From Takakia lepidozioides (Eukaryota > Plantae > Bryophyta): 64,000 nucleotides of DNA. The first letter of the stretch is position 1, and each line of letters starts with the position of its first letter. Positions 21,680-35,230 of this stretch are shown here, piece after piece. Both the position numbers and the translations under genes were made by a program. Location of the stretch: positions 52,080,001 through 52,144,000 of the forward strand of contig CM060734.1 in the NCBI GenBank assembly GCA_030704615.1, read 5' to 3'. The notes under the pieces are model-generated. The model worked only from the letters and a program-made list of their open reading frames with translations, had not been told where the DNA came from and made no database searches.

Positions 21680-24600
21680 GTGAGCCTGACTGCGCTCACG
21701 TGCTCACACGCTCACGCGGAGGCATCCCCCTTGATGGCATTAGCACGAATCCGTCAAGGTCCTGCGGAGGAGGTAGTGGACTTCGAGACGAGATTTAGGG
21801 AGCTGATGAGGCTTCAGAATCCCTTGACCCCTTTAGACGACGGGGTGCTCAAGGATTGTTTTATGAGTGGTCTGCGGGAGACCACTCATTTCCATGTGTT
21901 GCAGCAACGACCTGCAACTTTGGCAGACGCCATCCAAGCTGGCAAGGAGTTCGACAATATGCACCGACAAGTACAACGGGCCAAAATGCCAGAGATGGTC
22001 TTACCATCATACATCACAATTGAGGCAACGTAGAATTCGGCACCATTAGTGGTAATTCAGCCCGCTCTTCATTACATGCCTTCGTATGTTGGAGAAGCAT
22101 GACCATACGTTCCACCATCGGCCCCAGCATCCGTCGCGGGGTGCAGGTGCAGTATCCACCAACTCACATGGGCAATCCGATTCGCGAGTCGACATCTCAA
22201 AGCCCAGGCGACGTCTCTCATGAAGGCGATGGAGACAATGGACGATCGCATGAGCTCCATCGGCCAGCAGATCACCAGCTACATAGGGTATCGGGATGCA
22301 GCCCCAATTGGTGAATCCGGCCCCAACCCAGCAAAGGTTTGGTGCTCCAACTGCAACAACCCCGGTCACGGTTCACAACAATGCACTTACCCAGTCAACG
22401 ACAAGTAGGTAAACCGAAACCCAACTTATCAGGATAGGCAGAGGCATAATTCCAACCAATCGTGTGGAGGTTGCAAAAAATGTGGACATCCGCGCCACGC
22501 CACGGAGGAATGTTGTCCAGAGTGACATCCTTTGTATTCATTGCGGTAAACGCGGTCATCCACTAGAGAGATGTCATCGCCGACAAGTAGATCGACCCGC
22601 TCCTGCCACTAGGCAACAGGTGGAGAGGAACTTGGAAAGGCAACGGGCCCCATTTCCGGATCAGTATGCTACTGAACTTCCCAACCCTCTACCTTCTCAA
22701 CATAGCATGTATTTTGCCATGCCAACACAGATCGCGCAACGGCCTAGAGTGGATCCAGTAGTCCGTTCATATGCGGGGGACAATGCAGCTACGGGACAAA
22801 ATTCCCGAACAGCCTACTCGAATCCTGCGGCTCAGATAGCCCAGGGTTCTTCTAACATGTGGTCTCCTCCTCAAGATGTAAGAGTGCAAGGGGGACATCA
22901 GGCGTCAACTTCGGCACCTCCTCAGCCACAGTAGACCAACGTGCAACAACACCAAGCAGGACGTCAACATGAGATGCAACATAAGGTGAATTGGATTGCG
23001 AGTGAGCCCGAGTCCACTCCGACCATGAAATCTAGCCCCGAGAAAGGTAGTTATGCCGTCATGATCTGACAGCAGAAAGATACGCTAGGCAAATGACCTA
23101 GATATGCGGCGTCGGAGTCCACTACTTCTGCCTCAGAGCAGGAGGATTTGATGATGAAGTCCGATGCGAGGGAAGTGGCGGAAAAGGTATTTCGAGAAGA
23201 AGATGTTATCCGTCCCAAGGAAAATGAAGTGGTATTCGCAAAGACAGAACCTCCGGTGGTACGTCCTGTCCCTATTCTTCCTCTCACCTCTAGATCCAAG
23301 AGTTCAGCAAATCGTCCGGCAGCACCAGAGAAGTTGCCAAAACAAAAAATCCACTCCACGATGCGGTTCACCGACGAGTTAGAGCCATACAATCTGATGG
23401 AGGACTTGCATCACATCCAGGCAACCATCATGTTTGATCAGCTCATAGCGATGGCTCCCACCACACGCTCTCAAAGCTTTGTTGGTGAGGAAGCGAGTTG
23501 CCAGCTCCGCTCAGGCCCATCACATCAACGCTCGGGTCGACCCAGGCCCCGTCGAGATCGAAGTAGAGATTGTCGACTGCTTTATACGACGTTGTCTGGT
23601 GGATGACGAGAGTTTGGTAAACATCATGCCTCTGTCTACTTTATCAAAGTTGGGATTAAGCATGACAGGTGAATCTCCGCTGACCATACGGTGGAAGATC
23701 CGGCCCGTGGGCCACATTGCAAATGTCAAAATGAAGACTGGAGGGTACACGTATGTTGTGGACTTCCAGATCATCAACTTCCTCATTGACAAGTTCTCTT
23801 ACGCCCTTCTACTAGGAAGGTCATGGTTGGTCCAGTCCCGAGCACGTACGGACTGGGAGGCAAGCACTATCACATATGGGGTAAGACCTTACAGCACTAG
23901 TGTTGTTGCATTTATGACTGAAGCACCTCATGACGAGGATGAACTCACTGCAATCGGCTCCGATGAAGAGTCTGCAGACTTGAGCGAAGAAAATTTGTGA
24001 TCGGATGATGAGTTTCTTCCGAGGCCATAGGTTCATCAAGTACTAGCAACAGTTCCCGCACCTCACAGGGAGGTTAAGCGGATGAAGGTAGGACTAGAGG
24101 ATGCGGTTAAATCCCTAAGTCCGGGATTGTATGAATGCGAGTCTGATACAGGCTGCATCACTTGGTTCTTCGGAGAAAATCACGGCCAGGAAGTGATGGT
24201 GCACTTAGTAGTGACTGAGGCACTTAACGAGTTCGAGTTGCTGACCGAGCCCTTTTCCATATCCGCCGAACAGGTTGGTCTGCAGGAACATCAGGAGGAG
24301 GACGGTGAGATCATGGATATGAAGATCATAGAGGAAGCTGATCTAGAGCGGGATGTCAGGAAGCATAGGACCCTTTCATTCCCTATTTGCAGCAGGGTTC
24401 GGATGGATCTCGGTTCGAACCAGGATCAACCTTTACATCGGAACCAACAACGCAATTGGTCGATATGGCGGTCGGAGAAGAATTGCCCAAGTTTGTGAAG
24501 GTTGGATCCCACTTGACATCTGAGCAAGTATTGGAGTACCAAATACTGTTTAAGGAATTTCAAGACATTTTCGCGTGGTCCTACACCGAGTTGAAAGAGG

Positions 24601-25130
24601 TGCCTTCGTATGTTTCTATGCACTGTATTCCCCTGATTCAGAGAGCTACACCACCACGACAACGGGAGAGAAGGATGAACCCGAATCTAGCATAGCTTAT
24701 CAAGGCAGAGATTCGAGAAGCTGTTAGCTACGGAGAGTTCATTTTTCCAGCAGAATCATCAACCTGGGTCTCACCCATGGTGATTGTCCGCAAGAAGAAT
24801 GGAGGCTTCAGGGTATGCGTGGATTTCCGGCCCCTTAACAAGGTAACACATAAAGATCATTTTCCGTTACCCACATTGATACTATAGTAGAAGAAGTAGT
24901 AGGGAAGGAGCTCTACTCTTTCATGGATGGGTTCTCGGGCTACAATCAAGTGTTGATTGACCCGAAGGATGTGTTAAAGACCACATTCACGTTGCCATGG
25001 GGGACATTCGCTTACACCAGGCTGCCCTTTGGTTTGTGTAACGCGTCCCTGATGTTCCAGAGGGTTATGACGCATGCTATCTCGGACATCGTGAGAAAGA
25101 ATTTGGTTATCTTTTTAGATGACTTCTGTT
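21680..25130 (+). mobile_element. Decayed Ty3/gypsy LTR retrotransposon internal region (gag, zinc knuckles, protease, partial RT)
   Basis: Gag QGPAEEVVDFETRF...FMSGL; knuckles CSNCNNPGHGSQQC and CIHCGKRGHPLERC; protease CLVDDESLVNIMP...LLLGRSWL; RT WVSPMVIVRKKNGGFRVCVDFRPLNK, MDGFSGYNQ...FGLCNA...FLDDF. Many stops; breaks off right after the DD motif. LTRs not identified. Confidence 0.9.
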
Positions 25131-25137
25131 TCTAGCT

Positions 25138-26719
25138 TCTACTCATTGCTACAATGCAGCTACCAACATGAGGGAATCTGATTCCTCCCAAAATTTCATA
25201 GCATATGGTGGCATTTCTCCCCACAGGGTATATGGATGTGAAATCCCCCCCCCCCCCCATTTTCACATACAAAGCAACCCCTATGGAATCCAGGAATTTT
25301 GATCTGGAAATTGGAGACAAACCCAAGAAGATGCCTAGGAATGTGATTCAGATGAAAAATCCAGATGGTCCTCAAAAATCATGGTCAAACCTGCATTTTC
25401 AGAAATTTTTGAGTGGGCTTAAAAAATTCACAACAGTAATTTGTTATAATCTACCCATTCCAACATTGGATCTTCCTGATTGTTTGGGGGTAGATGAATG
25501 TGGTAGTCAGGAATGTATTTGTAAGGTTCAAATTTCTGGATGATTCAGGGTAGCAAGATACAGCTCAAAACAGGAAGGTATGTCCATTTTTGGGGGTGGC
25601 CCACGAAAAGAGGTCTTGTCCTTTAAGGGTCCCTTAAGTGCCAAAACTCATTTTCACCCTCTCCTGGAAAAACATGACCCTGGCCCACAAAAAAAAATTA
25701 TCTGGAGAATCTTTGTGTCCCTATAAAACTGACCGTTGGAATTACTTCCCACCTACCCCGCCTCCTACCACAAAAAGTTTCATCCAAATCCAACCGCCAG
25801 ATCTGAAGATTATGAAGTGTAGAGTGGGGACAAAAACAAATCTCCACTAAGAAATAGGTGCCAAAAGAAGCAGTTTTTTGCTCGTATTTGGGCACTTTTA
25901 ATTTTTTCTTTTTAAGAGTCTCAAGAATGTTGTTCCATACCTGATAACACACATTCTCAGAAATTTTCAGGTTTTTTCTGAAATGTTCTCAAGTGGGCTC
26001 CTTTGTAGTTACAAATTGGAGGTCAAAATATGCCATTTTCTTTGGGCAGGCCAAAATCTCTCTTCCTAAAATTATACCAAAAAATCAGTCGGTCAATCCC
26101 TAATCCCTCCTGTTGGAATGTCATGGGCGTTCATATGAAGTCCTCGAAAAACTTTGGGACCAATCAGCCAATGCCACCGCATCTTTAGGTTCCCTGCCCA
26201 AGACTTCAAATGGCACACCTATGTTATAGCCTGCAGGCGTAGGATATTTGGAGCCGTAGCCTATTCTAGGCTAGGGGGTTTGGGAGCTCCTCTGGCTACC
26301 CGACCCTGCTTTCATGGGGGCGGCTGCACTCCCTCCAGCCCGCCCTGCTATAAGCCCATGGTGTTGGCCGGAGCTGCCATCGCCGTCGATCTCAGGTTAG
26401 GGCGCAGGCCTGGGAATACCCAGACCGCCATACCCCTTAATGGGTCCCTTTATGGGGTATCATTCATTCACCCTAACCTGACCATAGTTGCCATGTCAGC
26501 AACTTGGGCAGGTTAGGGGTGCCAAAATAGCCTCAAAAAGCTGAGTTGGCCCCTTTCCAATTGGTCCAGACCCCTACCCCTTCAGGTATTGACCAATTGG
26601 CCAATGCCATATGAAGGGAGGCCCGATTATCTGTCGATTGAGCCCAAAAAAGGGCCAATCAGCCTTGACCACAGGAAGTTATGGCTGGTTAAGCTAACTC
26701 AACCGGTCGACTGTACTAG
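25138..26719 (+). mobile_element. Possible non-autonomous Helitron-like insertion truncating the gypsy RT
   Basis: Abrupt change to non-coding sequence beginning TCTACTC. Imperfect hairpin GGTTAAG-ctaa-CTCAACC lies 11 nt before CTAG (26716-26719). The flanks are not the canonical A|T. Confidence 0.3.
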
Positions 26720-27303
26720 CTTATTGTCTGAAAATGTTGTGAACTAAATCAGGCCAAGTGCAAGCCCCTATCAGTTAGTAAGCCTGTGGTTGCTGCTCTG
26801 ACACAAAGATGACAAGGAGATGACGGAATGGGTGACGGGCATGGCGCATCAATTCTACACTGCACAGGCCTTGGTTGCATCGATCGCTCTGTTGCAGCAG
26901 ATTGTGGGACCCCGTCTTATTACATGCTGGCCCAACATGGTCTGGGGATTTAACGTTGGAGTACCTACTCGCAAAGGGCAGTGAGCCCTGCAACAATCAA
27001 GCTTCTAGGGCACGGTGCGCCCAAAGAAGGAGAAGCTTTGTCCTCGGTTGTAGTCCTGGCAATATCTAGGCAAGTGGGTCCCGTCATCACGCTTTGTCTG
27101 TTTCTTTCCAGCTCCTCTCTATGTGTATTGTGCACTCTGGGTTGGAAGGTGGTTTCCCGCAACCAGGGGCACAGATACAACGCGCTGGTTGCACTTGGAA
27201 GGGGTGGTCTTTCCGCCCACTCTATGGTTGTTTCTGTACGTATGCCTTCCACCGCCACTGAGCGTCGGTGGTGTATTGTTGGGTTATGGCCAAGTGTTCT
27301 CAG

Positions 27304-28805
27304 GAGAGAGAGGAAGGTGCATACTCTTCAAATTCCGAGCAATGCCCGCCTGGATCGACGGAGGAGAAGAGAAAGATCGTGGATGAGTTAGTCTCAAGGC
27401 TTGCGCATGGGTCGTGGGAGGAGAAGAAATTAGCTGTGATAGACCTAAGGCTCTTAGCAAAGTGGGACATGGAAAATCGACTGATGATTGCTGAAGCTGA
27501 TGGGATTCCCTTACTAGTTCTTCTTCTCTCCTCGGTGGATGAAAAAATCCAGGAAAATGCCGTCACTGCCTTGCTTAATCTTTCCATACATCCTGATAAC
27601 CGGGTCCAAATCATTGAAACCTCTGGGGCGCTGGATGGAATTCTGGAGGTGTTGAGATCAGGAAAGACCGCGGAGGCCAGAGAGAATGCTGCCGCAACCC
27701 TTTTTAGTTTGTTGATAGTTGAAGAGTACAGAGAAATCGTTGGGCAGAAGCCTGGCGCCATAGCCTCGCTTCTCGATCTTATGCGCGAAGCTAACTATCG
27801 AGGGAAGAAGGACGCAATCAAGGTATTTTAAATCGTCCCACGACTATCACTGTAGACCCTCCCCTCCTTGATATCTAAACTCACCTTCGTTTCAGAGGTC
27901 AGCAACCCTCAGAGTAAGTCTTTGAACATCTTGTTGCCACACTCCAATTCAGTGTAACAATCTGGCACAGACTTGATGGAAGCGAAACAGAGCCCCTTGA
28001 AACTCTTGCTTCTAGCCGAGGCTGGAAGGCGCATCCTTTACCTAGGGGACTTCTTTACGAGTAGGGTGGCTGCTTAAGGTATTCCTCTGCTAGGAACAAC
28101 TATTTGGCTTCCATGCATGGACAGAACCACCTAAAGTGTGGTTACCATGTTTTTCCCACTGGGTTATTTTTTTGCAAGCCTAGTTTGGCTTGCCAATCAA
28201 TCAAGTGGGAATGGAGATCACCTTCATTTCCTTCTTTGTTTTGTTTTCATCAAGTCTGTATCTCCCCTGTCAAATTCCTTTTTCTGCATACAGTGTGAGC
28301 ATGGGGCTGATGTTAAATCATGGATACTTTCCAGACAATAGTGCTAATGTTTGATGCCTTAGGTGAATTTCACCAGGTCCTCTTCCACCTGTCGCTGCAT
28401 CCAGCCAACAAAGCCAAGGTAGTAACAGCGGGGGCTGTGCCACTGCTGGCGTCCCTCCTTACTCACAAGCGTGTTGGACTTACAGAGGATGCTCTATCAG
28501 TGCTTGCTACCCTGGCACTCGGTGCCGAGGGGGTGGACGCCATCATGCAAGGATCCACAGTTTCAACATTGGTGGAAATTCTTAAGGGTGGTACTTCAAG
28601 GGCCAAGGAAAATGCTACAGCTGTGCTTTTGTCTCTCTGTCAGACAGGGGGTAATGATGTTTTGGACAAGGTTGTACTATACAGTCACACTATTGTTGCC
28701 TCTCTCTGCACTCTTCTGACTTTAGGCAGCCAGCGCGCCAAACTCAAAGCGAGTTTGCTTATGAAAATCCTGGTGGTCAGTGACCCTGGTATATCAGGAA
28801 CTTGA
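27304..28805 (+). CDS. Armadillo-repeat protein (plant U-box/PUB-type ARM domain); N-terminus uncertain, no U-box seen
   Basis: Exons about 27304-27822 and 28377-28805: LRLLAKWDMENRLMIAEADGIPLLV.LL...QENAVTALLNLS...ARENAAATLFSL...GKKDAIK|VLFHLS...AGAVPLL...RAKENATAVLLSLC. GT-AG intron, phase 0. Confidence 0.85.
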
Positions 28806-30789
28806 ATGATTACATCTTTTTCGATTCACAGGGAAGCTCATTGGACCAAGGCCAGACAAAGCTGTCAAACAAGTTGAAAGCTGCGATATCAGAAGAGGGT
28901 TCAACTATACAGGTGGGCTAAACTATGTTCTCATGGGGTTAACTCAGCTGAAGCTCATTCACAGCCTCAGGGTTTGCCCTAGCAGAGGAACACTGCAACA
29001 TGCCACCTTCTCGAAGCAGAAAGGCCTAAGAGCACCCTGCAACAGAGTGAAATGCCCTGCTGTGCCACATTTTGGACTCAGTATGACCATGTTCTTCCTT
29101 CTGTGTCGGCCCCTTTTAGTAAAGGGGCTGTTCTGTGATTCTCCTGTCTTCACTGCTACAAGGGCATTGTTGGAAGTGCAACTCACCAAGAAGAAAATAT
29201 TTTGTGGGTGTGTTGTGGTGGTCCTCATATGGATGCAGATTCGACAGGAAAGACATCATGTCAAAAGTCCTGAAGCTGTGTAACCTTCTCAGGACAGTAG
29301 AGGGCCAGGGCAGAACGAACAGGTGGCCTCTCCAATTTTGTGAGCATTCTTCTAAGATCAATGTTTGAGAACCACCCAGCTTTATGAGCGGGCCCGGTAG
29401 AGGAGCTGAGGCTAGGCCTCAGGGTGGAATGATGTGAACAAGATGCAAAAGCCTCCGGGCTGAAAGGGGGGCATTACAATAATTGCCCTATAAGGAGAAA
29501 TCTTCAACTTCAAATTTTGCCTCTCAGGGGAAGCATCATTTGGTGTGCTTACCTGAGAGTTGGTTGTCAGACCTATAATCTGATCAGAGATTGAGAATAG
29601 TGGAATGGACAGAGCACCTCCCTGGGCAGAGAATCAAGGACTGATTGGGGGAGTGTACTACCGACAGACAGTGCAGTCCTTCAGGCGTTTTGCTGCAGGT
29701 GAGCAGTGTCTTTGATGGAGGCATCCTTTGACAGGTCTTTCAAAGTTGAGGTGCCTCAAACTCGGGAAATTCAGATAATGCTTGAATGAGTCAATTATTG
29801 TTTCATTCCCTCATCTTTGTGCATTTCAGGTGATAGTGACCAGTAGTGGGAAAATTATTGAAATAATAATACAATTCCTTAAACCTGATGTTCCCAACAA
29901 TGTGGTTCCTATTTCAACAACATTGCTCTGAACGAAAACCCGATTTTTGAGGTCCTCTCCAGATGTAACCAAATTTTTCTTCTCTGTGACAACACTCTCA
30001 AGGCGGGATTCATTATGTTTCTCCCACACAAAAGGCGCGAACAACTGGTAGGTTACTCGTTTACAGCACGCCTCACCCTTTTTCCCTCGTCCGTGCTCGC
30101 CAGCTCTTCATCGGGAGCAAGGTCAGCGCCACTCTCGAGACCACTGATCTTAGCCAACTCGTGCTTGCTTCACAATTTGTTGGCACTCCTAATTCGTCAT
30201 CGTCTCCAACGGTCGAAGCTACATCCAATGCTCCTGCCAACCACCAACCCCCTAATTACGGCTTCACGCCTTCACAACATACATACAAGGACAAAAGTGG
30301 ATAGTAAATATGGAGTCCAGGGATCAAACTTGTTGCCGTCACTGAGCCATATAATAGAAGCGTGTACCCATTCTCAGTAATATAATATCGTGTACCCATC
30401 GTGTACCCATCGTCTCCTTGATCCGAGCAGACATTTAGGGATAGTTAAATATAATCAATAATCTGGGTCAGTGTTGAAGTTATTTCAAATTGAGACAGCA
30501 TGCAGCTCATAATTTGTACACTGTTCATGCTTGGTTGCATGAGACTCTGGAATTGATAATTACTCGAGCAAGACCAGGTCACAGAGTATTCCATATTTAT
30601 CCCTGTCATCTATCTAAGCTTCACATGAAATTCCACACAGACCTTATGTCAAGGCGACCAGCCTGCTTCCGAGCAAGAGATTTACGTAAATTATTGAGTG
30701 ACAGGCATCCACTCTCTCATATGTTGGCGGCAACTATACGATTAGAAGCTCTGAAGTGTCGCACTCACATCAGCTTGGCTGTCCATTGT

Positions 30790-31377
30790 GACGCCGTAGT
30801 TGGGGAGCACCGTGTTTGGCATGGACGTGTTGGGGGAGCACCGTGTTTGGCACGGACGTCGTAGTTGGGGGAGCACAGTGTTAATTAGCAAGGACACCAT
30901 AGTTGGGAGCACCGTGTTAATTGGTAGGGACGTCGTGTTGAGGGAGCACCCTGTTTGGCAGGGACACCGTAGTTGGGGGGGGGGGGGGGGGGGGGGGGCG
31001 TGTTAATTGGCAGGGACACCGTAGTTGGGGGAGCACCGTGTTTGGCAGGGACGTCGTGTTGGGGGAGCACCGTGTTAATTGGAAGGGACGCCGTAGTTGG
31101 GGAGCACCGTGTTGGGCATAGACGTAGTGTCGAGGGAGCATTGTGTTTGGCACGGATACTCGAGTTGGGGGAGCATCGTGTCAATTAGCAGGGACGTCGT
31201 AGTTGGGGAGCACCGTGTTAATTGGCAGGGACGCTGTGGTTGGGGAGCACCGTGTTTGGCATGGACGTCGTGTTGGGGGAGCATCGTGTTTGGCACGGAC
31301 ACCGTAGTTGGGGGAGCATCGAATTAGCAGGGACACCGTAGTTGGGGAGCACCGTGTTAATTGGCAGGGACGCCGTA
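30790..31377. repeat. G-rich minisatellite, about 16 units of 33-37 bp, with a poly-G tract
   Basis: Unit consensus GACG(C/T)CGTAGTTGGGG(G)AGCACCGTGTT(AA)TTGGCA(G/C/T)G; poly-G at about 30976-30998. Confidence 0.92.
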
Positions 31378-32772
31378 AACCAGGTTAGTGTACTACCCTA
31401 CTTACACTCCAAACCAAGTTATTGTACTACCATGTGTGAGTCTTCCATATTTGTTTGTCCCTTTCTATCCTAAATCCTTACCCTTCCCTTTACCCTTCCC
31501 TTAATCCTTACCCTAAGCTTAAGCATGATCCTTAGCACCCTAAACCATTACTCTTACCATATACCAAAAACCTTAGTGTAGTACTCTACTTAAACTCCAA
31601 ACCTTATTGTACTACCATGTTACCAGGCTCTTGTAAAATTTGTATCATTCCTTTTAATGTTTTCTTTAATTTTGTTGGATAACGTATGATAGAATGATTA
31701 CATGGATATCAGATTCCCCTTATATTTTTACATTCTACGGAGGTGAGTCTTCCATATTTGTTTTTCTCTTTCTATCCTAAACCCTTTAAAACCCCAAACC
31801 CTTCTCCGAGTCACCACAAACTTGGACCTTATTACACTTAATATATCTAGTTACATCCCAAACCTTATTTTACTACCCTAGTAGGTCATCTTCCTAATGT
31901 TTCCAGCTATTTTAATAATTTACTGCCCTTCTCACACCCAAAACATCAATCCAATGGCATTGTCTCTGAAATATTGTGCTTGTCAACATGAAGATTCAAT
32001 CAAAATTACTATCAACTTATATCGAGTATGGTAGAGTATGAGTTTAGCCCATGTTCGATTCGACACATTTGTTTATCGTGATTACATAATGTAAATATTA
32101 CATCATTCGACTTCCCAGTGGACGTTCAATGAATTGTTCAGTACTGCAACTTCACAAGCCCTTCAATGTCAAATGGACATCTTATATGTCACATTTTGAA
32201 GCAAGTATGACATCATTTGTAATTTCACAAAGTTCAATCACACATTACTGTCCATGATATTATTAACATTTGAATTAATTTTAATTCAGATATATATTAA
32301 GTTTGGTCTGGATTTAAGCCAAAAGTCCAAAATTAGTTAAAATATTGTTAATAGGGAATGAGATTTCTAGTGACTATTACAGCAGGTAAGATGCCGGCGA
32401 ACCTGCGGCCTCGCGTCAGGAGACTGTCATATTCCAGATTCGGAATAGGTCACTAGAATCATAAAGCTGCTAACGATGCAATTCCGTGAAATAATCAACC
32501 CCTAAGCAATGAAGGAATATTTAGCCCTAATCTTTTATGGTTTGGCTGATGTGGTAAAGATTACAGCGTTTTTGTTTTGTTTTTGTTTTTGTTTTTTTTT
32601 TCTGTTTTTTTGTTTATGCTCATTTGTAAGTAGTTCATATATGGCAGTGTTGGACAACTGACCCCAGGGTTGACCTCAATTTGGGACTAATACCTCAAGG
32701 GCACATCACATCCACATGGCGGTGAATGAGACCATGTTATTTGTCTGAGCAAGCATATGTTTATGTCTGAAC

Positions 32773-33871
32773 TAGTGTTGTGCGGGTATATTGATTTCAA
32801 TATACCCTTAGGGTATAAGTAAATTATTTTTGTCAAATCATTTACCCTTCGGGTATGGATAAATTGAAATCTCAAAAAATTATTTACCCTCCGGGTATGG
32901 GTAAATTAACTTTTCAGATTTCTATATAACCCCCGGGTATGGATATACATGCCAAAATATACCCTGAGGGTATGAATAGTTTCCGGGTATGGATAGTTAT
33001 TTCCATTAATATATAATTTAATGATTTTAAAGAATATATAATGTTCTTCAATATGTACAAAACACAAAAAAAAAAAAAACAATCTATGGTAAAAGAGAAA
33101 ATTGATAAGATATTGCATAATATTTTGGTGTTAATTTCCAATGCAAGATGGAGGAGGTTTGAGATTATAAACATCGGTAGCTTAGCTGGTAAGTGCACAG
33201 TGTGTGTCACTTAAGTGGTTCGGGGTTTGAACCCGCTGCTCTGCCCCGTGTTGTGGGATTGTTGTGTAACGGTATGTCTGGGCGTTGATCGTACCATAGG
33301 TCTCATGGCCCATAAATGAAAGGGGGTTAATCTTTCCCCCTCCTCAAGGACATGAATTGTGGGTTGTCGCTCCCAGATTTCCTTAAATAAATAAATAAAT
33401 AAAAACCCCTCAAAGACCTAAATTGTGGGCTGTCAGGTTTCCTTTTATATATATATATATATATACGAGATCTGAAGAGGTATTGTTTGGATTATATGAC
33501 ATTTAAGGAATGATATATATGTAGCATTTGTTTTAGCTGTGATTGGAGCTTTCTTATAGCTCAAGGCTCCCTAACAACACAACAAAAAGAGAAAAGACCT
33601 AGAACATAAAGGCTATGAAGGCACATAAAGGCCCTTATATACCCTGATTAGATATACCCTTCATTTTAACATATATCCTTCAGGAAAGTAGGGTATATTG
33701 AGGGTCTTGATGCAAGGTAAATATAAGGATAAGGGTATATCATAAAATATACCCTGATATAAGGGTATACATCCGGGTACCTAAACTTGCCACACTAGGG
33801 TATACATATATCAATATACCTTGATATACCCGGCAGTATATCAGGGTAATTCATATACCCGCCCAACACTG
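32773..33871. mobile_element. Non-autonomous hAT element (MITE), 1099 bp
   Basis: 8-bp TSD GTCTGAAC (32765-32772 and 33872-33879). 18-bp TIR (C/T)AGTGTTG(G/T)GCGGGTATA. Subterminal GGGTAT/ATACCC repeats. TIR matches that of the 14229-20238 element. Confidence 0.9.
33175..33405 (+). mobile_element. tRNA-derived SINE-like element nested in the MITE
   Basis: A-box-like TAGCTTAGCTGG (33178), B-box-like GGTTTGAACCC (33224), (AAAT)n tail. The 3' part recurs at 13008-13085. Confidence 0.6.
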
Positions 33872-34974
33872 GTCTGAACCAAGCCCTTGAACACTAAAAA
33901 TTGCATAGTGCACGAGATTGACAAAAAAAAGAGATTCAGAGCAACTACACACGCCAATCTTTCCAAAACCACATTAATTTTTGCTCATCGTAAGCTGTGA
34001 TTCTATCATGAAATTGAACGTGACTACTTAGTTGTTCAAAACTTGAAGGTATTGACAAAAAAAAGTTGTCATCCCTCGTTATATGCACATCCCTCCGACG
34101 CAAGTGTGTATCTACCACTATGAAGGACCTAGATTGTGGCTGGTGACCACCCAAGTTCCGAACAATCTACTGTCCGGTTGAATCTGACATGATGATACAT
34201 CCTTAAGAGAGCCAGTTCCTTTGGTGACTTTGCAGATAGTGTCTACAATATGCATATTGACTGGAAACAACAAACGGAGTTGTCCATATGAAGCTCTTTC
34301 GTCTTCCCCTGCACCTTGCATTTGGAGGGAAACACTATTATACAGTAACCAGTTTGTGGCGTGGATTTATTATTATTATTATTATTCCACCTTCTTGGTA
34401 GCCAATGGGTCAACAGGTAATGGAAGTTTAAAATAATAATAAATAATAAATAATAAATGAAGAGGGACAGAGGCCTCACAGCTTTATAAATAAGGACACA
34501 GAACGTCCGAGAAGTACAAGAGGGAAAAATAACCTCTACCGTGAGTGCCATGAAGGCTGACCTAGAAAGACGATATTTCGTGACCAAATTGAAGAGAAGG
34601 GGGAGAAGAGAGGTCATAGATCAAGGATAATCCAGAGTCCAGGTGCCATAAACCAGGGGGATCAGAGCCTAGAAGCAGTGCTCCCAAACATCGAGGATGC
34701 CTCAAGAGACCTAGTGGTAGGCCCTACCGCGATCAACTCAGAAGCAGGAGAGCAGCTATGAAGTAGGGCAAGGTCCAAGCACCTCCTAGAAGTCACACTA
34801 GCTACTGCATGCAATCATAGAAACAATGGCCCCAAAGAAATAAAAAAATAAAAAAATAAAAATTGTCACTGAAAGAACAAACTTAAAATCCCCCCCTCCC
34901 CCCTGCCCTGAAGACAAAATGCCTCAAAAAGGTATGCAGTGAAGCACCTCTAGTCTTCAAATATGTACTCAGTC

Positions 34975-35230
34975 CAGTACTGTGACTTACCTTCATATAA
35001 ACAATTAGTTCAGTCTTTCCAGATTTCGTCTAGAAATCCATTCATACAATCTACCTTGTGCAAGCTGCCTAGCAATTAGACCACATAGGGCCAAGGCTTT
35101 AGGCTCAGCCTCGAGATTCTGGAAGTTGGTGAACATAAGTACAAGAACTCGATGTCTTGAAGAGGGTTGATGAGGATACCCCATACATTGTATCAGAAAA
35201 ATGAATATTGTCTTCAGGCACATCGGGCAG
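34975..35230 (-). mobile_element. Non-LTR element 3' fragment
   Basis: Minus strand reads CPMC...FLIQC...FTNFQNLEAEPKALAL, matching 54850-55461. Confidence 0.75.

Noticed and set aside
30790-31377. 33-37-bp repeats as a CRISPR array
   Set aside because: Units are contiguous with no unique spacers, there are no cas genes, and the context is eukaryotic; it is a minisatellite.
32645-32664. CAGTGTTGGAC as the left end of the hAT MITE
   Set aside because: Its flank does not match the right TSD; the true left end is 32773, which has the GTCTGAAC duplication.
33175-33245. tRNA gene
   Set aside because: A and B boxes are present, but there is no convincing cloverleaf and it continues into a repeated body with an (AAAT)n tail; treated as a SINE.
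33945-34330. Minus-strand exon-like ORFs (..KLMWFWKDWRV)
   Set aside because: Frameshifted with no recognisable family; cannot support a call.
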